Positions 18,844-29,476 of a stretch of DNA of 64,000 nucleotides are shown here, in pieces; within the stretch, counting starts at the first letter, position 1; each line of letters begins with the position of its first letter. The notes beneath the pieces are model-generated. The model was not told where the DNA came from. It searched no databases and saw nothing but the letters and a program-made list of their open reading frames with translations. The position numbers and the translations under genes are program-made. Origin of the DNA: Candidatus Latescibacterota bacterium (GTDB taxonomy: Bacteria > Latescibacterota > UBA2968 > UBA8231); contig CBDCXV010000002.1 in assembly GCA_965223905.1 (NCBI GenBank), positions 192,001 to 256,000 on the forward strand, given 5' to 3'.

Positions 18844-20486
18844 TGCTCCACCTCTTCGAGCAGTTTCTCCAGCCCGGCGGTAATCTCCCGCTCGATCGCC
18901 AGCACCTCGCGGATCAGCTCCGCGGGATCCTCGTCCGGAACCGGCTCGGCAACGCGGGGCTTGTAGCGGGAGGCGGCGAGGTTGAAGTCGTTCTCGACGA
19001 GGGTCTCGAACGAGGCCCACCAGCAGCGGGGTTCGTCGCTGCCCGCGTCGAGCACGGCGCCGGCCTCCTCGCCGGGTGGTTTCTCGAAGCGCGATTCCTT
19101 GTAATCGTTCCAGGCCGACAGTAGCCCGGGGATGTCGTTCTCCCCCGGTGTCTCGGGACGGCCGCCTCCCTGGATCTTGTCGGGGTCGTAGCCGTCGTTG
19201 CGGATCTCGTAGAACCACACCTGCTTCGTCGCCGGACGGCCTTCTTCCGGCTCCGTTGCCGGGCGCCGCAGGACGAGCACGGAGGTCTTGACGCCGGCGT
19301 ACGGTTTGAACACGCCGGCCGGCAGCGATACCACCGCCTGCAGCTCGTACTCCCGCAGGAGCTTCTCGCGCAGCTCCTTGTGAGCTCTCGTCGAGCCGAA
19401 GAGCGCGCCCTCGGGCACGACCACGGCGCAACGTCCCCCCGGCGCCAGGGAGCGCAGCATCAGTGCGATGAACAACAGCTCGCTCTTTCTCGATTTTGTT
19501 GGCAGATCCTGGCGAATTGAGTCCCTGGGGATCTGGCCGGCAAAAGGCGGGTTCGAGAGGATCACCGCGTAGCGCCGGTTCAGGTCGTCCTCGGTGAGTC
19601 CGCTCATCTCGGAGAGTACGTTGGCGCGCTTGAGGCGGGCATGGCGGATCCCGTGGAGCACGAGATTCATGACGGAGATCCGCATCATCTGGCGCGATAC
19701 GTCGGTGCCGTACATCGATGCCTCGAGCCGGCTCCAGTCGGGAATCCTTTCCCCCGGTCCCTTCCGGTAGGTCTGGAGATTGGGGATCTCCTTCTTCGCC
19801 TCCTCGAGCGTCTGCCCCCGCTTCTCGAGCCAGTCCTCGCCGTAGACCGGCACTTCCTGAATCTCCTCGCTGTAGCGGGCGAGGATGTGATCGACGACGT
19901 CGATCAGGAAACCGGCCGTGCCGCAGGCCGGGTCGTACACGGTGTCGCCCAGGTCGGGACCGGTCATCTCGACCATGAAGGCGCGGATCTGGCGCGGGGT
20001 GCGGAACTGGCCGTTCAGCGCCGACTGTCCGAGATGGGTGAGCAGGTATTCGAAGATGTCGCCCTTGATGTCGGGCCCGAGCTTGCGGAAGTCGATGGAG
20101 TCGAACATGTCGATCACCTGCTTGAGCACGTTCGGATCGACGATCTCGAGCACGGCGTCGCGAAAGTACTCTGCCACCTGCGGATCGTCCTTGACCAGCG
20201 ACGCCATGTACGGGAAGACCTCGTCGCGGACGAAGTTGCGCAGATCCTCTCCGCTCTTGAAGCGCCACTTGGACCAGCGGAAGCGCTCGGCCTGCGCGGG
20301 GAAGAGGAGGGCGCGGTTCCCGGCGCCGAGCCGGCCTTGGAGCTCGCGGGTGGTTTCCTCCTCGTCGAGGAGTTTCAGGTAGATGAGGTAGGAGATCTGC
20401 TCGATGTAGGTGACGGGATTGGTCACGCCACCGGCCCACAGGATGTCGGTGATCTGGTCGAGTTGGCGCCGCAGTGTCTGGTCCAT
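18840..20486 (-). CDS. hsdM: Type I R-M N6-adenine methyltransferase
   Basis: GQFRTPR, YDPACGTAGFL, ILSNPPF, VVPEG.LFG, GVFKPYAGV. Confidence 0.95.
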   Translation of the reverse strand: MDQTLRRQLDQITDILWAGGVTNPVTYIEQISYLIYLKLLDEEETTRELQGRLGAGNRALLFPAQAERFRWSKWRFKSGEDLRNFVRDEVFPYMASLVKDDPQVAEYFRDAVLEIVDPNVLKQVIDMFDSIDFRKLGPDIKGDIFEYLLTHLGQSALNGQFRTPRQIRAFMVEMTGPDLGDTVYDPACGTAGFLIDVVDHILARYSEEIQEVPVYGEDWLEKRGQTLEEAKKEIPNLQTYRKGPGERIPDWSRLEASMYGTDVSRQMMRISVMNLVLHGIRHARLKRANVLSEMSGLTEDDLNRRYAVILSNPPFAGQIPRDSIRQDLPTKSRKSELLFIALMLRSLAPGGRCAVVVPEGALFGSTRAHKELREKLLREYELQAVVSLPAGVFKPYAGVKTSVLVLRRPATEPEEGRPATKQVWFYEIRNDGYDPDKIQGGGRPETPGENDIPGLLSAWNDYKESRFEKPPGEEAGAVLDAGSDEPRCWWASFETLVENDFNLAASRYKPRVAEPVPDEDPAELIREVLAIEREITAGLEKLLEEVEQ

Positions 20487-20496
20487 CCCGTTCCTT

Positions 20497-23218
20497 TCAG
20501 CTCGCAGTCCTGAAAACGTCCTCGTCCAGCTGTCTCAACAACCTGCCTGAGCCCCTCCTCACCGAACAGCTCTACCCCCCTGCCGGCGGCGTCGAGAATC
20601 GACAGCGGCGGCTCGAACAGGTCGTTCAGGCGCACCCGGCCGGTGGCGATTCCCCGGTTTTTGAGCAGGCAGAGGTACTCCGCTTGCTGCGGGGTGAGGG
20701 CGCGCACTACGAGCCAGGCCCGGAAGGCCTCTTCCAGCTTCTCCTCGCGGCTCTTGATGCGCAGCCGCCCGAGCGCGGCGCGGATGAAGTCGACGAAGTT
20801 GCCTCCCGGGTCGCGGTAGGCGCGGCGCAGGTTCTCCTGGTTGAAGTAGTGCTCGGGCTGGTTGAGGCGGCGGGCAAGCTCCTCCTCTTCGGTCCGGCTC
20901 GAGATGCTCTTCGTCGCGCACCTTGCGGAGGAGCGGATCGTCGGCCGCCCGGGAGCGAATCGTCTCCACCCAGCGGGTTACGTACTCCTCCTTGTCGACG
21001 CGTTCTCCCTCGGGGCCGACCTCGACGTAGGTGACCGCCTCCAACCACTCGTCCTCCAGCCCGAGCTCGACGAGATCCCGCGTCTCCGGCCCTGTCCTGG
21101 GGCCGCTCGGGGCATGTCCTCCCGAAGTGCCGGTGAACACGTCGGTATCGCTGTCATTGAAGTACTGGTGGTTCCTGAAGAAGTCGTAGATGACAAATTT
21201 CCGCTTGTCGATATGCGGCGCAGTGCGCGTGCCCCGGCCTCGCATCTGCTGGTAGAGAATGGGGCTTCGCACCCGCCGGCAGAGCACGAGGTGGAGGATC
21301 TCGCGGCAGTCGAAGCCGGTGTCGAGCATTCCAACGCTCACCGCGACCATGGGCAAGGTTTCGGTCTTGAACCGGCGAATCAGGGTGTCCGGGTCGGCCA
21401 CGTCGGAGGTGATGACCTCGGCGTAGCGGCCCTTGTATTCGGGTGCAGCTCGTTCAAATACTGTGCCAGTCTCGCCGCGTGGTGCTTGGTGATGGCGAAG
21501 ACGATCGCCTTGCCCGGGCCCGGGTCCTGCCCGGGTGCCAGTTCCGCATAGCTCTCCCAGGCAAGCCGGTCGAACTCCTCCATCATCAGGCGGTTGGTCT
21601 CTTCGTTGGTCCAGCGCCGTTCGAACTCGACTGGGTCGTAGTGCTCGTCGTCGAGATCGGCCCCCTCGGCGAGGATCTCGGTGATGCCCGTGGCGAAGCG
21701 GTAGGGCACGAGGTATTCCTCGTTGAAGGCATCCTTTATTGAATAGGAGACGTCCGGTTTGCCCGGCTCGCACTGGTAGAAGTCGTAGGTGTTGCGCTCG
21801 ATGAAGCTTGCCGGCGTGGCCGTGAGTCCGATATGGAGGGCGTCGAATCGCGTGAGCGCTCCCTGCCAGGCGCCGTAGATGGAGCGGTGGCATTCGTCGG
21901 CGATGACGATGTCGAAGTAGCCGGCGGTATACTCGTCGACGCGGCCGATCATGGTCTGCAGCAGGGTAACGGTGATCTGCTGCTCCTGGCGCGCCATGCC
22001 GGGCCGCAGCCAGTAGCTCGAATACGCTCCCAAGACGTCCTGGATGGCTTCCAGGGCCTGCTTGGCGAGCTGGTCGCGGTCCGCCAGGAAGAGAATTCGC
22101 TCGGCCCAGCCTGCCTGCAGGAGTCGCTTCAGGTAGAGGCAGATGAGGTCGGTCTTGCCGGTACCGGTCGGCAGCTCGATCAGGAAGCGCCGCCTGCCGA
22201 GCTCCAGCGCGTGGTCGAGCGCCTGCATCGCGTCGGCCTGGTAGGGCCGCACCGTGCGCGTCTCCCCCTGGCGGATGTAGTGCTCCGGGATTTCGACGGT
22301 GGCGAGCGGCCTGCGCGTCTCCCGCGCCTCCACCATGCGCTCGAGGTCCCGCTGCGAGAAGAAGCCGGCGATGGGGCGGGCGTCGTCGTTCTGGTAGTCC
22401 CAGAAGTAGGTCAGCTCACCGTTGGTGAGGAAGATGAAGGGCGCTTCGAGCGCCTTGGCGTAGGGCAGGGCCTGTTGCTTCGCCACGTAGGGGTTGATGG
22501 CGTTCCTCTTGGCCTCGATGACGGCGAGCGGGCGGCCGCGCTGGTCGTAGAGGACGTAGTCGGCGCGGCCGGTTGAAGACTCGTCATCCGCGGCTTCGAG
22601 CTGGCAGACGAACTCGCCGATGACGCGGAGGTCCCCTTCTGCGCCTGGGTCGAAGACGAGGTCCTCGTAAGCCGGATCCGGATTGAGCGGCTGCAGCCGG
22701 ATTTCGCGATGGCTCCAGCTGTCCCCATCCGGTTCAGCTTCTTTCGTACTGCTGTATTTCTTGACGGAGAACTCGCCTCCGAGCGCCGGATCGGTGCAGC
22801 CGCGGTGCCAGACGAGGACGAGCTTTCCCTCCCTGGTCCCGCCGCGGTCCGTCCGAAACAGACAGTAGGAACCGTCGGGGATGGCCGGCTCCATAGAGTG
22901 CCCTTCGATGCGGGCAACGAAGTGGTCGCGGGTGAGCCGGACGCGGCCCGGCACCGCCATCCAGCCGATTTCGTCATGCTCGGTTCCGACGGTCTGGTCC
23001 GGGCTGAATTTTCCTGCCGCGGCAACGAGACCGTAGACCGGGGCGTGCGTTTCGAATGGCCTCGCTCCCACGCGGTCGACGATTCCGGCGCGACCGGGTG
23101 CGGAAGCCGCCTGGACCTCGGTACCGACCATCGACTGGTCGTCCGCGTCCCAGCCGGACTGCGCCAACAGTTCGTCGATAACTATGCGGGCGTCCGCCTC
23201 GTTTTCGCGCCGGTTCAT
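20497..23218 (-). CDS. hsdR: Type I R-M restriction subunit with inserted S24 peptidase domain (frameshifts near 21440, 20890 and 20535)
   Basis: NEADAR..ID, RADYVL, IEAKR, PTGTGKT, DECHRS, LTATP, VGMLDTGFD, QMRGRGTR; C-terminal part is split across frames. Confidence 0.88.
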
Positions 23219-23252
23219 CTTGTTCTTCCTCGTCCATGGGAAATTAGATGAA

Positions 23253-23268
23253 TGCAAAGCGCGTGCCA
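23253..23268 (-). promoter_or_regulatory. sigma54 (-24/-12) promoter of the hsdRMS operon
   Basis: Minus strand reads TGGCACGCGCTTTGCA, matching TGGCACG-N4-TTGCW; 34 nt upstream of the hsdR ATG, with a GAGGA RBS in between. Confidence 0.85.
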
Positions 23269-24777
23269 TCATTCGCCCACCCCGTAGCGTTTCATCCAGT
23301 TGGTGAGGGTCTGGTAGCTGGGCAGGCCGACGAGGTCGGCCGCCCTGGTCTTGTTGCCCTGCGCCTCGTCCAGGGCCCTCTCCAGGTAGTGGCGGGCCAC
23401 GGATGCCAGAATTCCGGGCAGGTCGAGACCGTCGCCGAGGGGCTTGCCAAGCACCGATCCCTTTTCGGTTTCGCCCGCGGGCAGGAGGGCGTCGCGAAGG
23501 TCCTCCGTCCTCAGCGTGGCTTCCGGGGTCCAGATCGCCGCGCGTCCCAGGGTGTTCTGCAGTTCGCGGACATTTCCGGGCCACGGGTGCGCGAGAAGAA
23601 GGTTTCTCGCTCCGGAAGAAAGTTCCTTCTCCACGAATCCCGGCTGCCCCCGCCCCTCCCGGTTCACGAGGGCGAGAATGTGATCGATCAGGATCGGGAG
23701 ATCGTCGCGCCGGTCCCGTAACGGGGGCAGTGGCAGCACCGCCACCGCCAGGCGGTGGAAGAGGTCTTCGCGAAAGGCGCCTGTCGACACTTCGGACAGG
23801 AGAGAGCGGTTGGTGGCGGCGATCATTCGCACGTCCACCTTGCGGCTGCGCGAGGTGCCGACCGGAAGCACCTCCCCCTCCTGGAGCGCGCGCAGCAGCT
23901 TCACCTGCGCGGGCTTGGGAAGCTCTCCCACCTCGTCGAGGAAGAGGGAGCCCCCGGATGCTTCCTCGAAATGGCCTTTGCGGTCCTTCACAGCCCCGGT
24001 GAAAGCCCCCTTTACGTGACCGAACAGCTCGGATTCGACGATCTCCGGAGGAATGGCGCCGCAGTTGACGGCCACGAAAGGCTTGTCGCGCCGCGGACTG
24101 GTGCGATGGATGGCGCGGGCGAGAAGCTCCTTGCCGGTACCTGTCTCCCCTTCGATCAGCACCGGCACGGAGCGCGGGGCGACCCGGCGCGCCCGCAGGA
24201 TCACGCGCTGCATGGCCTGGCTCCGGTGCAGGATCTCCTCGAATTCCGGCGCCTCCGGGGAGAGACCGGCGCTGAGGCGCTCGAGCTCCTCGTCCGGGCG
24301 GCGCAGCAGATCCGGAAGGAAGTCTGCTGAAATATCGAAGGGGACGGACACCGTGCTGACGCCGTGCTGCTTCGAGGACTCGATCAGCTCCGCGGGAAAG
24401 CGCGTCTTCGCGAGGATGATCCATACCGCGGCCATGGCCGGCGTGCCCGGGCTCAGGTGGAAAGTGAGCTCAGTGTCTCTGGGGCCGCCGGCCAAGGCCG
24501 TCTCGCAGGCGCGGACCGCGGCGACGTAGATCTCGCCGAATTGGGTAGGACCGGTGAGCTCTTCGTGGACCAGGTGAAGGGTGGGGCCTTCACATCGCTT
24601 TTCGAGCCACTGCCGGTAGGGGCGAACGGCGCCGGCCTCGTGGTCGAACAGCAGATAGGCGTCATCGAACTCGCGCTCCATCAGGGCCTGGGCAACCGGC
24701 CCGGCTCCGGTTGTCGGCTCCTCTTCGGGAGCGTCCAGGTCCGTATTTCCAATCCAGGTGATGAGGATTCTGCGCAT
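23269..24777 (-). CDS. sigma54 enhancer-binding protein with RtcR-like N-terminal domain
   Basis: [37 protein letters not shown], Fis-type HTH; N-terminal ITWIGNTD...HLSPGTP.M...W. Confidence 0.9.
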   Translation of the reverse strand: MRRILITWIGNTDLDAPEEEPTTGAGPVAQALMEREFDDAYLLFDHEAGAVRPYRQWLEKRCEGPTLHLVHEELTGPTQFGEIYVAAVRACETALAGGPRDTELTFHLSPGTPAMAAVWIILAKTRFPAELIESSKQHGVSTVSVPFDISADFLPDLLRRPDEELERLSAGLSPEAPEFEEILHRSQAMQRVILRARRVAPRSVPVLIEGETGTGKELLARAIHRTSPRRDKPFVAVNCGAIPPEIVESELFGHVKGAFTGAVKDRKGHFEEASGGSLFLDEVGELPKPAQVKLLRALQEGEVLPVGTSRSRKVDVRMIAATNRSLLSEVSTGAFREDLFHRLAVAVLPLPPLRDRRDDLPILIDHILALVNREGRGQPGFVEKELSSGARNLLLAHPWPGNVRELQNTLGRAAIWTPEATLRTEDLRDALLPAGETEKGSVLGKPLGDGLDLPGILASVARHYLERALDEAQGNKTRAADLVGLPSYQTLTNWMKRYGVGE

Positions 24778-25195
24778 GGGAACAATGCTAACAAGAAAAA
24801 TTGTGATTCCGCAAGTTTGTTTATTCTTGATGTGGGGCGTGTGGCAGTAGGTAAGGTCTCTGACAGGGTTAGGCTACCAATTTGGCGAAATACACCGATT
24901 CTGGGCGGAGCACAGTCAGGTTCTACCCTGTAAGGGGAAAGAAGCCACTCACCACCTCGAAATGTCCGGATTGTCTTCCAATGGTGCTCGAGAAAGGGGG
25001 TGCGGAGGTTACAAGGACACGGAAATAGCCGTTATTTTGGCTCGAAATGGGCAATACATGGCTTTATAGCCGAAATATAAAATAATAATAGAAGAATTTA
25101 TCGCGATATAACTATTTATTTTTTGTTGAATCAAGGTATCTTTGATGGCAGGTCCCCAAACCTGGTGCCACAACCTGGAAAGGAGCCACCTCCTC

Positions 25196-26227
25196 ATGAA
25201 AATCGACCCCGAGAGCCTTCGATGCCTTCGCCAGAAAAAAAAGCTGTCACGCGCCCGGCTTGCCGAACGGTCTGGAATCGCGGTACGAACCATTCAGCGT
25301 CTGGAAAACGAACCGCAGCGATGTCAGAAATCGCGAGAGGACACGCTGAACCGGCTAGCCAAGGCACTCGATGTCGAAACGGATGTGCTTACCGGCCAGT
25401 CACCACTTCCCGAGTTTGATAAGCCCCCTGCCTCTGCCCCCAAGGGGGTCCAGATCGGCGCGCAGGTCGCTCCTTTGACCCGGCTCTTCTACGACCTCGT
25501 TAAGCGCCGATACGGCGTCAGCGTCACTGAGATCATCAACATGGCGCCGCTTTTCTTCGCGCTTCTGGCCGAGGGAAGTCTTGCTTGGAGGCGCATAAAA
25601 ATAGAGGAGGCAGAAGAAGCGAAAGGTCATTTGGAGGGGATCGAAGGGTTCTGGATTGGGAGCCTTGTATCTGCCTCAATAGTCATGGAAGAAGGGATTG
25701 GGGCGGAAATTGATTCCATCGAAAAAGCCGACCTTTTCGGAGAGCATCTCTTCAGGGTCGAATCTAGTTGGATGGATGATTTGTTCGACCCCTCCGCCAC
25801 CAACCCGTTCGCAAGCCATTTGCGTGGGTTGAAAGATGAACTCGCCAAACCCGGCGTCGTCGACGTGGGGGAGGGCGCTCTCGATTTCAGATCGTCGCTA
25901 AAATTCCCCGACTACGACATTTGCCGTGACGAACTCGACGACATGGCCAACGGTTCTTTCAACGCAAAGAAGGCTCTTGAAACTGGCTACGCGCGGCTCT
26001 CCGAAATTCCCGAGGAACTGATGGGAGAAGACGCCGGCGAGGAGCGCGCGAAATGGCTCGAAGACAGACTGCCGGATCAGTTTCAGAAAATCCTGAAGGA
26101 TGAGAAGGTTGGAGACGAGATCGTAGAAATCGTGGCAAAAGACCCAGAAGGCACTTGGAAAAGGGTCTTGGAAAAAGCGGGTGCCAATGAGGCGGATACC
26201 AGTAGTAAGGTGGGAGACAACCAATGA
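25196..26227 (+). CDS. XRE-family HTH protein with a large acidic C-terminal domain
   Basis: LRQKKKLSRARLAERSGIAVRTIQRLEN...LAKALDV; AGGAG upstream. Confidence 0.8.
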   Translation: MKIDPESLRCLRQKKKLSRARLAERSGIAVRTIQRLENEPQRCQKSREDTLNRLAKALDVETDVLTGQSPLPEFDKPPASAPKGVQIGAQVAPLTRLFYDLVKRRYGVSVTEIINMAPLFFALLAEGSLAWRRIKIEEAEEAKGHLEGIEGFWIGSLVSASIVMEEGIGAEIDSIEKADLFGEHLFRVESSWMDDLFDPSATNPFASHLRGLKDELAKPGVVDVGEGALDFRSSLKFPDYDICRDELDDMANGSFNAKKALETGYARLSEIPEELMGEDAGEERAKWLEDRLPDQFQKILKDEKVGDEIVEIVAKDPEGTWKRVLEKAGANEADTSSKVGDNQ

Positions 26228-26523
26228 GCATCGTCTATACACAACATGCCGAGACGCGCATGCAGCAGCGGAGCATTCGCGAAAAGGATATTCCACTCAT
26301 CCTCGCCTTGGGAACGCAAGTTGAGGACGAGACCTGGATTTTGCTCAGAAGAGATGTTGCGCGGGAAATCGAGATTCGCAAACGGGAGATCCAAAAGCTG
26401 AAACGGCTTGAAAACTGCAAGGTCGTCATGCTCGGCCGACACGTCATCACTGTCTATCCCTCACGGCCTGCGGATCAGAAACGAACACTACGCCGCGCCA
26501 GGCAGAACGGAATGGTGAAATGA
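26224..26523 (+). CDS. DUF4258-like small basic protein
   Basis: YTQHAETRMQQRSI...VITVY; ATGA overlap with the XRE gene. Confidence 0.7.
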   Translation: MSIVYTQHAETRMQQRSIREKDIPLILALGTQVEDETWILLRRDVAREIEIRKREIQKLKRLENCKVVMLGRHVITVYPSRPADQKRTLRRARQNGMVK

Positions 26524-26593
26524 CAAAGCAAGTGGGCGTTGAAGTCGTTTCCGGAAGGCCGCCTCGAAGAATACCTGTGGCAAGCAGGGCATT

Positions 26594-28207
26594 TCACCCC
26601 CTTCCCAGCATGCGCACATCCCGCACCGTCTCGACGAGGCGGATGAACTCGCCCCGGTAGCCCCTCGGGTCATATCCCTGACCCCTCTCGGCAAGTCCGA
26701 TGACGCCCTTCAGCGTGTAGCCGCCGATATGGGGTGAGTCGCGGAGCAGCATGCCGAAGCCCGCCACCGCCGCGGCGAAGCGGAAATCGGTGGAGGGACC
26801 GGCAGGCGCGTCCACCACCGGCTGTGTAAGGAGGCGGCTCGCCGAACCGTCCGGGTCCTTGTAGCGGACCTTCACGTACATCAGCTCCTCCTCGAAGCCG
26901 CTGTCGACGGCGGTGTCGTCCTCGTCTTCCGGTTGGTAGCGGAGGTCGTCCACCGTGCCTCCGGGGACCGGGACGCCCGCGGGCACGACCTCGTACAGGG
27001 CGGTCACCGTGTGTCCGGCCCCCAGCTCGCCGGCGTCCTCGCTGTCGTCGTTGAAGTCCTCCGGGTCGAGCAGGCGGTTTTCGTAGCCGATCAGCCGGTA
27101 TCCGGCCGCCCGGGCAGGATTGAACTCGACCTGCACCTTCACATCCTTGGCAAGGGTGAGGAGGGTTCCGCCCATCTCCTCCACCAGGACCTTCCTGGCC
27201 TCCAGCAGGCTGTCGACGTAGTGGAAGTTGCCGTTCCCGTGGTCGGCGATCTGCTCCATCTTCGAGTCCTTCAGGTTCCCGGTGCCGAAGCCGAGAACCG
27301 TCAGGAAGATTCCGCTCTCCCGCTCCTTCTCGATGAGCCGGATCATCTCCTCGTCGCTGGATGCGCCGACGTTGAAGTCGCCGTCCGTCGCCAGGATGAC
27401 GCGGTTGTTGCCGCCGTCGATGTGGTGCTCGCGCGCGACCTGGTAGGCGAGCCTGATTCCCTCTCCGCCCGCGGTGCTGCCGCCGGCCCGGAGCTCTTCC
27501 AGGGCGGCGAGGATCTCCTCCCGGGCGTCTCCCGGCGTCGAGGGCAGAACCAGCCCGGCGGCGCCGGCATAGACCACGATCGCCACCCGGTCCTCGGCCC
27601 TGAGCTGCTCGACGAGGAGCGCGAAAGCCTTCTTGAGCAGGGGCAGCTTGTCGGGTGACTCCATCGACCCGGACACGTCGATCAGGAAGACCAGGTTCCC
27701 CGGCGGCAGGTCATCGGTGTCCATCGACCGCGCCCTGAGGCCGATGCGCACCAGCCGGTGTTGCGGTTTCCAGGGCGCCTCCCACACCTCGGTGGCGACG
27801 GCGAAGGGGTGCTCTCCCACAACCTCGTCCCACTCGTAGGGGAAGTAGTTGATCATCTCCTCGATCCGTACCGCGTCGATCGGCGGCCGCTGTCCATTCT
27901 CGATGAAGCGGCGCACGTTGGCGTACGAGGCCCGGTCGACGTCGATGGAGAAGGTCGACAGCGGCGACTCGCTCACGAGCTGGAAACCGTTCTCGCCGAT
28001 GGGGGCGTACGACTCGGTGTTGGAGTAGGAGGGGGGAGATATGTGCCTGTAGTCCGCGGCGGCCTCAGGGGCGGAGGACATCGACTCGGACGCCGGCGTC
28101 ATCGGGGAATTGCGGGTGCATGAGGCAAGGGCGAGGAAGCAGAGAAGGGACGAGGCCAACCCGGTGGTGGTGGCGGACCTGTTGGGTCGGGTGGGGTTCG
28201 AGTTCAT
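26594..28207 (-). CDS. YfbK-like VWA lipoprotein (vWF_A + VWA + DUF3520)
   Basis: PLSTFSIDVD.ASY, VRIEEMINYF, DVSGS MIDAS, TDGDFNVG, YRLIGYENR; LASC lipobox. Confidence 0.9.
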   Translation of the reverse strand: MNSNPTRPNRSATTTGLASSLLCFLALASCTRNSPMTPASESMSSAPEAAADYRHISPPSYSNTESYAPIGENGFQLVSESPLSTFSIDVDRASYANVRRFIENGQRPPIDAVRIEEMINYFPYEWDEVVGEHPFAVATEVWEAPWKPQHRLVRIGLRARSMDTDDLPPGNLVFLIDVSGSMESPDKLPLLKKAFALLVEQLRAEDRVAIVVYAGAAGLVLPSTPGDAREEILAALEELRAGGSTAGGEGIRLAYQVAREHHIDGGNNRVILATDGDFNVGASSDEEMIRLIEKERESGIFLTVLGFGTGNLKDSKMEQIADHGNGNFHYVDSLLEARKVLVEEMGGTLLTLAKDVKVQVEFNPARAAGYRLIGYENRLLDPEDFNDDSEDAGELGAGHTVTALYEVVPAGVPVPGGTVDDLRYQPEDEDDTAVDSGFEEELMYVKVRYKDPDGSASRLLTQPVVDAPAGPSTDFRFAAAVAGFGMLLRDSPHIGGYTLKGVIGLAERGQGYDPRGYRGEFIRLVETVRDVRMLGRG

Positions 28208-28299
28208 GAGATCGCCTCTGGAGGAAGGGGTTGTTGAGAGGGAGCTGCCGCAACGGAGTCAGGATTCCCGGTGCGCGGGGCGCTGGCGGTCAGTCATCG

Positions 28300-29290
28300 T
28301 AAACGCAGGTCGCGCGGCCCGGAGGGCGCGGGCGGAAGGGCGCCAACCGGGAACATTGCTGGCTGTCGATTTTCTCACCCTGGTCGAAGACGAGACGCGG
28401 CTCGGCGCGCTGCGGTTCAAGGAGGCCGGCGGCGGCCCGTTTCTCACCTCGACCGGCAGGCAGGTGCCGCCGGTTGTCGACCTGCCGCGGCTGCTGTCCG
28501 CCACCACCCGCGTCATCGATGCCAACGAGACCGACGACGACCTGCGGTTGATCCTGGCCCCCGGCGCCTCGCTGGGGGGGGCTCGTCCCAAAGCCACGGT
28601 CCGCGACCGGGACGGGCACCTGCTGATCGCCAAGTTCCCGCGCCGGGACGACGACTGGCCGGTGACGCGATGGGAAGCGGCCACCATGGCCCTGGCCGAG
28701 GCGGCGGGGGTCCGGGTCGCGCCGTTCCAGCTCCTGCAGGTAGCGAACAGCCCCGTACTCATGGCCCGCGCTTCGACCGCAGGCAGGGCCGGCGTATCCC
28801 TTTCATGTCGGCGCTCACCGCAATCGAGGGGTCCGACAACGAGATGCGAAGCTATCTGGAGGTCGCCGAGTTCCTGCGGCGGGAGGGACTGAAGGTGAAC
28901 GAGGACCTGGGTCAGCTCTGGCGCCGGATCGTGTTCAACATGCTGGTGTCCAACACCGACGACCATCTGCGCAACCACGGCTTTCTCCGGGAGCAGAACG
29001 GCTGGCGGCTTTCACCGGCGTATGACCTCAACCCGGTGCCGGCCGACGTGAAGCCGCGCGTCCATGCGCTCGCGATCGACGAGACGGACGGCACGGCGTC
29101 CCTCGATACCGCATTGGAGGTCGCGCCGATGTTCGGCATTACGGGGCAGGCGGCGCGCGCGACAGCAGCCGAGGTGGGCAGGGCGGTCCGTGGCTGGCGG
29201 GATGCGGCGGCCGGCATCGGCATTTCGGCGAATGAAATCGAGCGGATGTCCAGCGCCTTCGATCACGACGACCTCGAGGCGGCGATCTGA
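28300..29290 (+). pseudogene. HipA-like kinase toxin, 5'-truncated and frameshifted
   Basis: SLGGARPKA, IAKFP, NTDDHLRNHGF, LSPAYDLNP; N-terminal part and hipB are absent. Confidence 0.8.
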
Positions 29291-29476
29291 AGAAAGCGAT
29301 GATGGCACCCGTCGGAAGTGGTGTTTGCCGGGGAGCGCCATCGGCTTCGGGCGCGCGAGGCCAGGGAGCCGCAGTGCAGCCCGCTGCACCGGGTAGGAGT
29401 TGGGGGGAAACCGTCCGTAACTTGGGGCAGCGGCCGCCCGAGCAGGAGCGAACCCGAAAAACGAGAGGAGATTGAG

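Noticed and set aside
18508-20439. 643-aa ORF ending in an MNT domain
   Set aside because: Alternative frame of hsdM; only the last 111 aa look real.
20497-21460. Programmed frameshifting or phase variation in hsdR
   Set aside because: No slippery or simple-repeat tracts at the shifts; similar frameshifts occur in unrelated genes, so sequencing error or decay is more likely.
21380-24424. 1014-aa ORF suggesting a long N-terminal extension or bEBP-HsdR fusion
   Set aside because: The first ~400 aa are an off-frame shadow of the bEBP gene. The promoter, RBS and HsdR homology all begin at or just before 23218.
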